A stretch of DNA of 64,000 bases from Octopus sinensis (Eukaryota). Below are positions 1 to 11,402 of this stretch, piece by piece. The position numbers and the translations under genes are program-made. The notes under the pieces are model-generated. The model was not told the origin of the DNA, ran no database searches, and saw only the letters and a program-made list of their open reading frames with translations. Every line of letters starts with the position of its first letter. The first letter of the stretch is position 1. The stretch covers positions 87,854,001 to 87,918,000 of the forward strand of contig NC_043000.1 of assembly GCF_006345805.1 (NCBI RefSeq), read 5' to 3'.

Positions 1-2030
1 ATCGCTGGACATCTTCAAAATTTCCCCTGTGATTTCAAACTTCCTGAAGCACAATATGTCGTTGTGGAATACGAATCTCCAATTGTACCACTCTAATGGA
101 GTACTTGCCTCAGAAAATATAAACATCAACTGTGAAATTTTTCAAGGTGACTCACTTTCACCTTTAATATTCTGTATAGCCCTAATACCCCTTACAAGTG
201 AATTAAACAGAACAGGGTATGGGTATAAAATTGCCAATAAAAAAATAAGCCATCTATTTTATATGGATGACTTAAAAATTATGGTAAAGACAAAAATGAA
301 CTTGAAGGCCTATTGCGCACCGTGAAAGCATTCAGCGATGACATCGGGATGGAGTTTGGACTTGAGAAGTGTGCCAAGGCCACTTTCCAGAAAGGGAAAG
401 TGAAGACCACAAATTCAGTCATGTTAGATGTTGACACAGTCATAAGAGAGCTTGAGCAAGAACAAACATACAAATATTTAGGGATAAATGAAGGCTCTGG
501 TATTCAGCATGCAAGCATGAAAGAGAAGATCAGGAAGGAATGTTATAGGAGAGTTTGTGCAGTCCTGAAATCTGAACTAAATGCACGTAACAAGGTGTTA
601 GCTATAAATTCCTTAGCAGTTCCAGTTGTTACTTATAGCTACAATGTGTTGAACTGGAATATGAGTGAAGTAAAGAATATAGATAGGAAAGTACGCAAGC
701 TGCTGAGTTGTAATAGGATGCACCACCCAAAGGCAGACGTAGATCGCCTTTACCTTCCCAGAGCCCAAGGAGGTCGAGGCCTGATCCAATTTGAACTAGC
801 TTACAAAACAACCACAATTGGACTGGCCAAATATCTCGAAATATCGAATGACTGGATGCTAAAGCACGTGGATAATCACGAGAGACGAAAGAAGCTTCAT
901 TCTATCATAAAGAAAAGCAAAAAATTTGCTATTGATCTCGTGCAGGATACTCAAACTGAACAACCCGAGGGAAGTACGGCAACTATTGTTGCAAAGAAGG
1001 TGAAAATGATGGCAACGAATAAAGCGCACGAGCAATTGGCTGTTAGGTGGGAGGAGAAACCTCTGCACGGCAAATATGTGACCCGCAGCAAACAAGCTGA
1101 TGTTGACCAGAAGCAAACCCATCAGTGGCTACGGAGCTCAGGGCTAAAAGCAGAGAGCGAAGGTTTCATCCTGGCTGCTCAAGATCAAAGCCTATTAACC
1201 CGGAACTACCAGGCCAATGTGATGAAAAATGGAGCAGACCCAAAATGCCGATTCTGCAACGACATGATTGAAACAGTGGACCACCTAATCTCTGGATGTA
1301 AAGTCTTAGCACCAGTGGAGTATAAATTAAGACATGACAGAGTTGGCCAATATCTCCACTGGCTAATAAGTCGGCATTACAATATCAAAACTGCCGACAA
1401 GTGGTATAATCACCACCCTGAGGCTGTAACTGAAGGAGAAAATGTAACCATTCTGTGGGACTTTCCAGTACATACAGATCGAACCATCAAGGCCAATAAA
1501 CCAGATATTGTTGTGAAAGACCAAAACAATAAAGTTTGCTTATTGATCGACATGAGTATCCCCTGTGATCATAATATCTCAGCGAAAGAGTTTGACAAGC
1601 TCAGAAAATATAAAGACCTACTCATTGAAATTGAGAAAATGTGGCATCTCAAGGCGGTTACAATACCAGTGATCGTAGGAGCTCTAGGAATGATCAAGAA
1701 GGGAACCGAAAATTATATGAGAATGATCCCTGGCTTACCATCCCTGCAAGAAGTGCAAAAGATTGTCTTAACTGGTACATCACACATATTGAGAAGAGCA
1801 TTGTCGATGTGAGAACTGTTGCTGCTCATGTATTTTAATTTAACTTAAAAAAAAAAAAAAAAAAAAAATGAACGAACTATTGAGTTTGGTTTAATGGCCT
1901 ACCAATGTATACTATGAGTTTCTTTGCCCTAGGAGTCGGGAAGACACTCGGCAAGAAATGGAAACAAATTTGAAAGAAGAAAAAAAAAGTAATAATAATA
2001 ACAATAATAATAATAATAATTATTATGATA
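1..2030 (+). mobile_element. 3' half of an R4/Dong-clade non-LTR retrotransposon (RT + CCHC + restriction-like endonuclease), runs off the left edge
   Basis: QGDSLSP and YMDD RT motifs; CxxC-x8-H-x4-C knuckle (CRFCNDMIETVDHLISGC); PD-(D/E)xK-type RLE (KPDIVV...LIDMSIP...KLRKY). 3' UTR has an A-run at 1847-1868 and ends in (TAA)n at ~1990-2030. Confidence 0.85.
2..1812 (+). pseudogene. R4/Dong ORF (RT-RLE) interrupted by a single 1-bp frameshift at ~278-281
   Basis: ORFs 29..325 and 313..1812 join as MDDLK-(I)YGKDKNELEGLLRTVKAF if one base is restored at aaaATtatggt. Confidence 0.85.
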
Positions 2031-2746
2031 ATAAGGAAAAAATCAGGCAAGAATATCAAAGGAGAGTAAGATTGCTTATGAAAATGGAACCAATGTTCAC
2101 TTGGTAATTTCATCTGAGTAGATCCTGAGCAACCATTTGCCTTTAGACGGGAATTGCATGACCACTAATGTGTTCTTTCTTTATTGATATCTACTTCCCT
2201 AGTTTGTTTGGGATACTTGCCGTTTGTTTATAAGCTTTATCAGAACTTTCTTTTCAGCTTCTTGCTTGTCATGCTGTGCTGCTTCAGTTGGCATTGCAGC
2301 TCTGACATCATCAGTTATATCCAAGTTTGGTTCTCTTTTACACTTTAATGATGGAATATAGCTTTTTGTCCCGTTCGTGTTGAATTACTAGCTGTATCAT
2401 CCAGTCATAGTTATTCTGGTTGAATGACTTAAATCCTATTGTGGTGGTCTTGCAGGATAATTCTAGATGGGTGAGGTCTCTACCACCCTATCTTTGAGGG
2501 ACATAGATTCTATGATGCATTTTGTTTGCTCTCATTAGTTTACATGCTTTGATGCCCATTAGAGTTCATTTATATTCCAGTTAATTATATTATGACTGCT
2601 CTGTGCCACTGGACAGCAAGTAAATTAATGGCTTGAATTCTATTCTGGGAATTCAGTTCCATTTTCATAATCAGTCTTACTCTCCTTTAATATTCTTTTC
2701 TGATTTTTTTCCTTATTATTATTATCAGTATTATTATTATTATTAT

Positions 2747-2960
2747 GGCAGCATGCTGGCAGAATCATTAACACATTGAACGAAATGTTTAGTGGTATTT
2801 TATCAGTCTTTACATTCTGAGTTTAAATGCTACCAGGATGGACTTTGCCTTCCATCCTAATAGAGTTGATAAAATACGTACCAGTTGACCACCAGGGTAG
2901 ATTTAATTGACTTACTCCCTCCCCTGAAATTGTTTGCCTTGTGCCAAAATTTGAAATCAT
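2747..2960 (+). mobile_element. tRNA-derived SINE with Deu/Nin-like core
   Basis: ggc...gctggcagaatc head and actttgcctt(t)catcc..gttgataaaata..gtacc core. Further copies at ~23240-23510(-), 31120-31330(-), 32708-32930(+), 37100-37230(+), 38350-38480(+), 50270-50500(-), 59483-59710(+). Confidence 0.7.
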
Positions 2961-2974
2961 CATCATCATCATTA

Positions 2975-3480
2975 TTATTGTGTTAGAGAGCAGCACATGC
3001 CATCAAAGTGACATTGGAGTACAAATATATAGAGCCCAATATAGCCATCATGACTACCTGTCTGATAAGGGTACACAAGGCACATGCATCACAACCATAT
3101 GTGTGCAACATGGTAATCTTATATCAAAATAACCAATGCATGATCTTGCAGGTGGGGCCCATTTAGAATTTTCTTCAGGTCATGTAGCCCATCCTGTTTA
3201 AAAGGTCCCTGAATAAGTGCTGTTTAGGTATGTTGAATGAAAGACTCATTTTTTCCAGAGATGAATTAGCCAAACCCCAAAGAATTCCTCTCAACACATG
3301 GCTATGATACTTCCCCTCTATTTCTGCTCATGATCAGAGATGCACATGTTACCAGCCACCAAGGGACATGCTAAACTGGTAAAGGCCAAACAAGTGACAA
3401 ACAAATCTGTGGTGTCGAGCAGAATATTTGCTGTAGCCCATCTCATACACCAACACAAAACTTGTACATGATAACACTTC
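2975..3480 (-). mobile_element. Copy of a ~560-bp non-coding interspersed repeat flanked by (TAA)n/(TTA)n; one end truncated
   Basis: Collinear with copies at 32945-33476 and 33488-34046 (shared gagagcagc..gccatcaaagtgaca..ggtggggccc..aaaccccaaaga..). Confidence 0.8.
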
Positions 3481-4499
3481 CATATTATTATTATCATCAT
3501 TTATGCCTACTATAATAAAAAATAAAAATTCAATTATATGTAAAACAGGCACAAAGTTATTGAACATATTTGTTGGAGACAGAAAACAGAATTTTAAGAC
3601 ATTTATTATATTTAATAAATCATGTTGAAGAGAGATTTCAAATAAAATTAACAATAGTAAAGACTGATGAGTGAACTTTTGTTTAACTTTCTGCAAATAA
3701 CAAAATATTGTTGAAATTATATGCAGCAGCCACAAAAAAGTAGACACATTTCAGTTACATAAAAGAATGATGAAAATGTATGAAATATATATATATATAT
3801 ATATATATAAAGTTTAGAGAGCTTTTACTTCTTTTGGCGACAAAAGGTCACTCTCTCTCTCCCCCTCCCTCACTCTCTGAGTGAAAGAAGGAGTGTATGA
3901 TGTATGTGTGCGAATTACAATGTTTCGTGGTTGTGAGAAACAGGCCCTGAATGCAGAGGAGATGCAAAGATTAGAAAGGAATGCTCTGCTAGATGTGCAA
4001 TGTCAGTGTACATGTGCAACAGAATGCCAGTGCGTTGAGAATACAGATATCCTATCTCCTCTAACTTTTAGTTCATGCAATTGAAATAAACTCATTTATG
4101 GGATGACCCAACAGAAGACACCAGCTCAAGATGCCATGCAATGGGTTTGAACCTGGGACCATGTGGTTGGGAAGTGAACTTCTTACCACACAACCATGCC
4201 TGCACCTATAATTTATGTGTGTGTGTGTGTATGTATTTCGCAGTAGCTTTCACTATTCTGCAGGCTGTTATATTCTTAAGAGAAGCAGATGGTACATTGG
4301 CTTAATTCCAATCTTTACAATTATTCCTGAACATCACAAATGATTCCTCATTTCAAAAAGTTATTGGATTCACTGTTAAATTAATAATTTGCCAAAAGTG
4401 TAAATAAAATGGAGATTTATAGACTTTCCAAAGTCAAAACAAAGTCTTTAATTTCACGATCTTATTGACAAACCACTTCACTAATGCACAAATGTCATT

Positions 4500-4660
4500 A
4501 CATGTGATTTAATGCTAAGCTTGCTTCTGAACCACATGGTTCCGGGTTCAGTCCCACTGCATGGCACCTTGGGTAAGTTTCTTTTACTATAGCTTTGGGC
4601 TGACCAAAGCCGTTTGACAATATTTGGTAGATGGAAGCTGGAAGAAACCCATTGAATACA
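4500..4660 (+). mobile_element. 5' module of the abundant composite CORE-type SINE, ending in the (TA)n tract that hosts the RTE
   Basis: aaccacatggttccgggttcagtcccactgcatggcaccttggg... matches the head of the full copy at 23562-23975. Confidence 0.75.
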
Positions 4661-4675
4661 TACATGCATACGTAC

Positions 4676-4707
<32 letters not shown>

Positions 4708-7689
4708 GGTACATTGAAAGGCAGGTCTAGTGAGATTGTAGAGATGCTTGAGAGAAGACAGGTTGATGTATGCTGCATACAAGAGGTAAGAGGGAGAGGT
4801 GCTTCAGCTAGGGTCCTCACAGGCAAGGCACTTAGGTACAAACTCTTCTGGCAAGGTAACATGGAAGGTGTAGGGGGTGTAGGCATTCTCCTTGCGGAGA
4901 AATGGGTGGATAAGGTCATAGAGGTTGTCAGGGTTTGCGATAGAGTGCTCAAGCTCAGGTTGGTCCTACAGAGTGGCACAGCTACGATTATCTCCGCCTA
5001 TGCCCCACAAGCGGGACTACCAAATGATCAGAAGGACAACTTTTATGATACCCTTCTACAGGCTACTTCAAAGACTAGTGGCAAGGACCTCATCTTTGTG
5101 GGTGGAGATTTTAATGGGCATGTTGGGCGGGAATCGGGTATCTTCACTGGGGTACACGGTGGCCATGGTATTGGCACCAGAAATGATGAGGGAACTAGAC
5201 TGCTGGAATTCTGTGATGCATGTAACCTTTCAATCTGCAACACTAACTTCAAGAAGCCTGACTGCCACCTTATAACCTATCAGTCAGGAGACTCCGCTAG
5301 CCAAATAGACTTCATCCTCACCAGACAGCGAGATGCAGGGTCACTCTTGAATACAAAGACCCTCCCGGGTGAAGAATGTATCCCTCAGCATAGACTAATC
5401 ATCAGTGACTTTAAGCTTGAGGCCAGAAGGACTCCAAAAAACAAACCAATCCAGAAAAGAAGGATTTGGAGGCTAAAGAACCCTTCACATGGTCAGAAAT
5501 TTAGGGACATACTCATCAAGAAATTTGATGAGAGGGAGGAGGAGCTCCAGACGTCAGACATAGAAGGTAGCTGGGAATTCCTACGGGACAGCTTGCTGAG
5601 TGCCACAGACCGAGTCTGTGGATGGTGCAGAGTCCCTTCCAGACCTAGAGTTACGTGGTGGTGGAACAGTGCAGTAGATAAAGCCATTAGTGCAAAGAGA
5701 CGGGCCTGGAAAGCCTGGAGGGATGGGGGCAGCAGGGAACTGTACCAGGCAGCCAAAAGGGAGGCTGGGCGGCAGGTATACATAGCCAAAGATGTAGCAG
5801 AAAAGAAGAAGTTTGCCAATGTCCAGCGACGTGAGGACCAAAGAGCTGAGGTATTTCGGATTGCCAGACAGTGTGTCAGAGAAAATAGTGATGTTACAGG
5901 AGAGAAATGTGTCCGCATGGATGATGGGGCACTTGCTTTTACTGTTAGTGAAAAGAAAGAGGCTTGGAGAAGCCATTACGAAAGACTGCTGAACGAGGAG
6001 AATGAATGGGAGGAGGAGAGCCTGCCAAATGTTGACCCAGTAGAGGGACCAGCTACCCAAATAGACAGCTCCCTTGTAGATAAGGCAATTAAGGATATGA
6101 AACCAGGCAAAGCCCCCGGCCCATCAGGAATCACTGCTGAGATGCTTAAAACAGCTGGCTATGTGGGCTATGGCATAGTCACCCGCATTGTAAACCAGGT
6201 AGTTCACAATGGAGTCATACCCAATGACTGGCGTAGCAGCACCATAGTCAACTGCTACAAGGATAAGGGTGATGCTCTAGATAGAAATAATTACAGGGGT
6301 ATCAAACTGTTGGACCAGGTGATGAAGGTCACAGAGAGGGTCATAACCCATCTCATTAGGGAGAGAATTTGCTTAGATGAAATGCAGTTCGGTTTTGTGC
6401 CAGGTAGAAGCACCACTGATGCTATATTCCTGGTCCGACAACTGCAGGAGAAGTACCTAGCTAAAGATAAACCCCTCTACATAGCCTTTGTGGACTTGGA
6501 GAAAGCCTTTGACAGGGTTCCCCGTTCCCTTATCTGGTGGTCGATGCGGAAACTGGAGATTGACGAATGGCTAATAAGGGCTGTACAGGCTCTATACAGA
6601 GAGGCTGCCAGCAAGGTTAGGATTGGCAACGAATATAGTGAAGAATTCCGGGTAGAAGTAGGTGTGCTCCAGGGCTCAGCCCTCAGTCCCCTTCTATTCA
6701 TCATAGTCCTCCAGGCAATAACAGAGGAATTCAAAACAGGATGCCCCTGGGAGCTCCTCTATGCTGATGTCCTGGCTCTCATAGCAGAATCACTACCGGA
6801 ACTAGAAAAGAAATTTCGGGTGTGGAAGCAAGGGTTAGAATCGAAGGGCCTTAGAGTAAATGTAGCAAAGACCAAAGTAATAGTAAGCAGTAAGGCGTAC
6901 TCAGCACACACCCCCTCGGGTAGGTGGCCCTGCTCAATCTGTAGGAAAGGTGCAGGTAGAAACTCCATAAGATGCACCCAATGTAAGCTATGGACACACA
7001 AGAGGTGCAGCAACATTAAAGGGAAATTAACAGATAAGATAGCTTTCATGTGCGGCAGATGCACAGGGACAATAGACACCACAGACACTCAGAAAGCAGA
7101 TTCCATCACACTCCAGGGAGAGAAACTAGAAGTAGTTGATAGTTTCCGCTACCTGGGTGACCAAGTTAGTAGCGGAGGTGGATGCACAGAGAGTATCACC
7201 ACTAGAATACGAATAGCCTGGGCAAAGTTCAGAAAGCTCCTACCCCTACTGGCGAAAAAGGGTCTCTCCCTCAGAGTGAAAGGTAGACTGTATGATGCAT
7301 GTGTGCGAACTGCCATGCTTCACGGTAATGAAACATGGGCTATGACTGCAGAGGACATGCGTAGACTTGAAAGAAATGAAGCTAGCATGTTCCGCTGGAT
7401 GTGTAATGTCAGTGTGCACGCACGACAGAGTGTAAGCATCCTGAGAGAAATGCTGGATATAAGAAGCATCAGATGTGGTGTGCAAGAGCGACGCTTGCGA
7501 TGGTATGGTCATGTGCTGCGGATGGATGAGGAGAGATGTGTGAAGAAGTGCCACTCCCAAACAGTTGAAGGTATCAGAGGGAGAGGTAGACCCAGGAAGA
7601 CATGGGATGAGGCAGTCAAGCTTGACCTCAGAGCGTTGGGCCTCACCGAGGCAATGGCGAAGGACCGAGATCTCTGGAGATATGCTTGA
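4708..7689 (+). CDS. RTE ORF: AP endonuclease + reverse transcriptase + PHD-like finger (~993 aa, open, no element-derived ATG, catalytic YADD reads YADV)
   Basis: ORF 4624..7689, whose first 28 codons come from flanking SINE/microsatellite. DLEKAFD, QGSALSP, YADV (6760-6771), RYLG, WYGH motifs. Confidence 0.85.
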   Translation, partial: GTLKGRSSEIVEMLERRQVDVCCIQEVRGRGASARVLTGKALRYKLFWQGNMEGVGGVGILLAEKWVDKVIEVVRVCDRVLKLRLVLQSGTATIISAYAPQAGLPNDQKDNFYDTLLQATSKTSGKDLIFVGGDFNGHVGRESGIFTGVHGGHGIGTRNDEGTRLLEFCDACNLSICNTNFKKPDCHLITYQSGDSASQIDFILTRQRDAGSLLNTKTLPGEECIPQHRLIISDFKLEARRTPKNKPIQKRRIWRLKNPSHGQKFRDILIKKFDEREEELQTSDIEGSWEFLRDSLLSATDRVCGWCRVPSRPRVTWWWNSAVDKAISAKRRAWKAWRDGGSRELYQAAKREAGRQVYIAKDVAEKKKFANVQRREDQRAEVFRIARQCVRENSDVTGEKCVRMDDGALAFTVSEKKEAWRSHYERLLNEENEWEEESLPNVDPVEGPATQIDSSLVDKAIKDMKPGKAPGPSGITAEMLKTAGYVGYGIVTRIVNQVVHNGVIPNDWRSSTIVNCYKDKGDALDRNNYRGIKLLDQVMKVTERVITHLIRERICLDEMQFGFVPGRSTTDAIFLVRQLQEKYLAKDKPLYIAFVDLEKAFDRVPRSLIWWSMRKLEIDEWLIRAVQALYREAASKVRIGNEYSEEFRVEVGVLQGSALSPLLFIIVLQAITEEFKTGCPWELLYADVLALIAESLPELEKKFRVWKQGLESKGLRVNVAKTKVIVSSKAYSAHTPSGRWPCSICRKGAGRNSIRCTQCKLWTHKRCSNIKGKLTDKIAFMCGRCTGTIDTTDTQKADSITLQGEKLEVVDSFRYLGDQVSSGGGCTESITTRIRIAWAKFRKLLPLLAKKGLSLRVKGRLYDACVRTAMLHGNETWAMTAEDMRRLERNEASMFRWMCNVSVHARQSVSILREMLDIRSIRCGVQERRLRWYGHVLRMDEERCVKKCHSQTVEGIRGRGRPRKTWDEAVKLDLRALGLTEAMAKDRDLWRYA

Positions 7690-8177
7690 CTGCAAAGACC
7701 CGGGCTGCTTCCTGCATAAGTTCCGCATAGCCCCTGCCCATTCAAAGTACCCCGGATCCCAGATCGTCCTGCTGTGCTTGAGGAGACCTGTTGAGTCAAG
7801 TACATGAACACTCCGAACACCCTTCCCCACTGGTGCTCCCCTATATTTCTGCACCCCCCCCCCACATAAAAAGCACCATCCGAACGTGGCCGATGCCAGC
7901 ACCGCCCCGACTGGCTTCTGTGCAGGTGGCACATAAAAAGCACCAACCGACCGTGGCTGATGCCAGACCCCTCTGGCACCTGTGCAGGTGGCACGTAAAA
8001 AGCACCCACTACACTCGCGGAGTGGTTGGCGTTAGGAAGGGCATCTAGCTGTAGAAACACTGCCAGACCAGACTGGAGCCTGGGGCAGCCCCTGGCTCCC
8101 CAGACCCTGGTCGAAAACGTCCAACCCGTGCTAGCGCGGAAAACGGACGTTAAACGATGATGATGATGATGATGATG

Positions 8178-8179
<2 letters not shown>
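4708..8179 (+). mobile_element. RTE-clade LINE, near full length, 5'-truncated inside the first APE motif, (GAT)n tail
   Basis: APE motifs (CIQE, GDFNGHVG, SQIDFIL, HRLI) followed by RT. ~490-bp 3' UTR ends ...ggacgttaaac(gat)n. Both ends sit in (TA)n. Confidence 0.92.
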
Positions 8180-8218
<39 letters not shown>

Positions 8219-8526
8219 CATCTCTAAGTCATTCCTGTTTTTATTCGTTACTGTTTCCAATTTTATCTTCGTCTCTTGTTTTCCTATTCGTCTCTGTTGT
8301 CACATTCTTTCCTTCTACCAAGGAAATTTAATGCCCATAGCTTAGCTTTTCCTTGGGGCTGGCCGTTTTGGAGCAAATCTCAGAATTAAACAGCCGAAAT
8401 TTGCCATGATGAATCGGTTTCTGACTGAAGAATGAAGGCTCTGAATGACTGTCTGTTTTCCGTGTTCATCAATTCGTGAATTTCACGTTCTTTATATATA
8501 AAGTTTTATTCTATATATATACATAT

Positions 8527-8613
<87 letters not shown>

Positions 8614-10279
8614 CATACATATATATATATATATATATTATAATATATATATATATACACATAATATAATTGGACATGGATGATCATTGTATTCTTTCTT
8701 GTCTTGAGGTTCACAGCCAAATGGCTGGTGGATTTGCATGAAAAATGGCACATATGTGGAGACAGGTGCACAGATTGGAATGCAATTTGTATTTTTTTCC
8801 TAACCACCATACTTACTGAGAAAATCGATTAAAACTTTTCTAATGGAATTTCCCTCTTTCTTCTGCCATTAAAACAACCAGTTGCTTAGAAGCTGTTTTC
8901 TGACAGGTTGGGGTCAGGAAATTTTCATATAGCTGGAGGCTCCAATCGAAACAGGGGACTCAAAATGAACAGGTCACGGTCTCAAAGCAGCGAAAATATT
9001 TTGAGAAATTAAATTTAAATGTTGAAATGAATCTAACGGTTTTTGTGTGTTTCTTAAATGGCTTATAAACAACTTCCACGCTGCAATTGTTTTTGTTCCA
9101 GCACATGATCTCAGAACAGGTCACTTGCTATGCAAGTACATCTCCATAATAATAAGGTTATTTTATTAAATTCTTAATTATTTTCAAAATTAACTGAAAC
9201 AAAGGTTGTGTATTTCAATAGAAATATGGCAACAAAGGTGTTAATTTTGAAAGATCACACTGGTTTTGTCATACAGTTTATGAAATTGCTATCAGCAATG
9301 AAATTTCCTTTCACCAGCTTTACAACGCCTTCTTTATTCTTGAAGGTACATTCTAATGATATCTGAAAATACTTCTTCTTTTTCCCTGATTCTGATAATT
9401 CATGCTACTTCCCACTCAATTCTTCCTACAGCCATAACTCTTTGGAATTTCCTTCTTGCTAACATCTTTCCATGCAGGAAAATAAATTTAATCTAATTAA
9501 TTCCAGCTTGACAAAGCTTAGTGCACATCATCAAATTTACTATCTTTTGTTTGACCATAAAGACAGCAGTTCTTACAGGACTATGAACAATGGTTCTTTG
9601 ATAAAGTGTCTATGACAGTGCAGAAATATGTGTCCTACAGTCTAACTGTCATCTATAGCCCAGTGGTATGTTTTCACACACATTATCTATTAGGAGAATT
9701 TCTCTCTCAATACAATTTCTGCAGAGAAGGTTTTTCTATATTTGAGTGTACACATATGTTATAAATATAATTGTACACACCTATATTTTACCCATTCCAG
9801 TTTTCTGTGTTCCTAATCAATTTTAGCATGACAAAGTTTTGCACACATCAGCAAATATACAACTTTCTATTTAAATATAAGAATTATATGTAGTTCTTAG
9901 TGAGCAACGAATTCAGAGTCTGTAGCTGAGGAGGAATAACAATGCAAAAATACTATATCCTATAGTCTGATGATGTCATTTGTAGTCTAGTGTTGTCATT
10001 TCACACTCACATAGTCTATAAGGACAATTTCTTTCCTGCAACAGTTTCCACAGTGAAGGTTCTTCCCATGTTTGAATGTACATGAATGTATTAGATATAA
10101 CAATACACACTGTATATTACTGTATATATATATATATTGTGTTTTTCAGTCAAGACAGCTTAGTGTACTTGTCTTTCTATGAATGATAACCATGTAACCA
10201 TGTGGAAAATGAAGGTGAAAATAATCCACTTTTATAGAATAAGTAACAATTTAAACTAGTTACATAATTAAAAAAAATA

Positions 10280-10760
10280 AATGTGCCCTTTTAAAGCTTA
10301 GCCAGGCTCATGGGGCTGGTTTCCTGGTTTCTATGGCATTTGTGTTCCCCAGCTGGACAGGACGCCCGTCCATCGCAGTGTTACTCATTTTTGCTAACTG
10401 AGTGGACTGGAGCAATGTGAAATGAAGTGTTTTGCTCAAGAACACAACGCGTCGCCTGGTCCAGGAATTGAAACCACAATCTTATGATCATGATGCTGAC
10501 ACCCTAACCACTAAGCCAAGTGCCTCCACCTTTTAAAATAAATGGGCCCTTTTAAAGCCTAACCATACTCATGGGCCCGCTTTCCCGGTTTCTATGGCGT
10601 ATGTGTTCCCCAGCTGGATGGGACAACAGTCCATTGCAACGTTACTCAGTTTTGCCAGCTGAGTGGACTGGAGCAACGTGAAATGAAGGTTTTGCGCAAG
10701 AATACAATGTGTTACACCACATCTTACGATCATGGTGCTGACACACTAACTACTAAGCCA
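10280..10760 (-). mobile_element. Two adjacent copies of a tRNA-derived SINE (CORE/V-like body); duplicated at ~19985-20465
   Basis: Reverse complement of the plus-strand copy at 30711-30962 (ggaggcatgtggcttagtggttagggtgtcagcatcatga...ctttaaaagggc). Confidence 0.75.
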
Positions 10761-11402
10761 CTAACAAAAAGTAAGGGGTGCCTCACTCTTAGTGGTCTTC
10801 CAGCATGCCAGAGACCAACCTGGAATTTCTGAGGGCCCATGCTATTGTTAGATAGTTGCTGAACCTACACTAAGTTCATTCATCCTTTTGATACGTCTTG
10901 TTTTTAGTCTTGTTGGGTTTCTAGCAATCCTCCACATGAGGCAAGCCTAGTAGATGTGGTGCAGGTTTAGTTACCAATGACCTGACCATGCAACAGATTG
11001 TACTGGAATCCACATTACCAGTTGCACTCATGAGAGACTTCACATGTGATCAGACACAAAGTTAGGTCGTTTGACAGGATCCAACAACTCTGAGGACTGC
11101 ATTCTGCTCTAATGTTTGCTTTGATATGGTTCCTACAGTTAGAAAAGGTACCCTTCTTAATACCAACCACTCTTCAGTGTGTACTGGGTGCATTTCTCAT
11201 GGCACCAGCTCCAATGAGGCCACCATGCAGCTCACAGGACTAAGATCCCCTTCAACTGAGACGAGTTACAATAGCGAGGAAGTTGGTTTCATGCTAAGAG
11301 ATAAGGGGCTAAAGTATGAGAAAATAGGTCAGAAGAAAATAGAGTTCTCTCTGTAGAAGAACTACATAGCTACTTATGTTATAGAAGAGTGGGTGGAAAT
11401 AA

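Noticed and set aside
5493-8345. Antisense and alternate-frame ORFs overlapping the RTE, and similar ones over the Neptune and RTE 3' UTRs
   Set aside because: Shadow ORFs of GC-richer TE sequence with no independent motifs.
8320-8440. Possible hammerhead in the 300-bp segment after the RTE (GGCTG..CAGCC-GAAA; duplicate at ~12640-12760)
   Set aside because: No CUGANGA core in the right position and no stem I.
9275-9362. Minus-strand candidate exon (ttttcag|ISLECTFKNKEGVVKLVKGNFIADSNFIN|gtatga), duplicated near 19.0 kb
   Set aside because: No resemblance to the FOCAD sequence expected after exon D, and 88 nt would need a phase-1 partner that I could not find.
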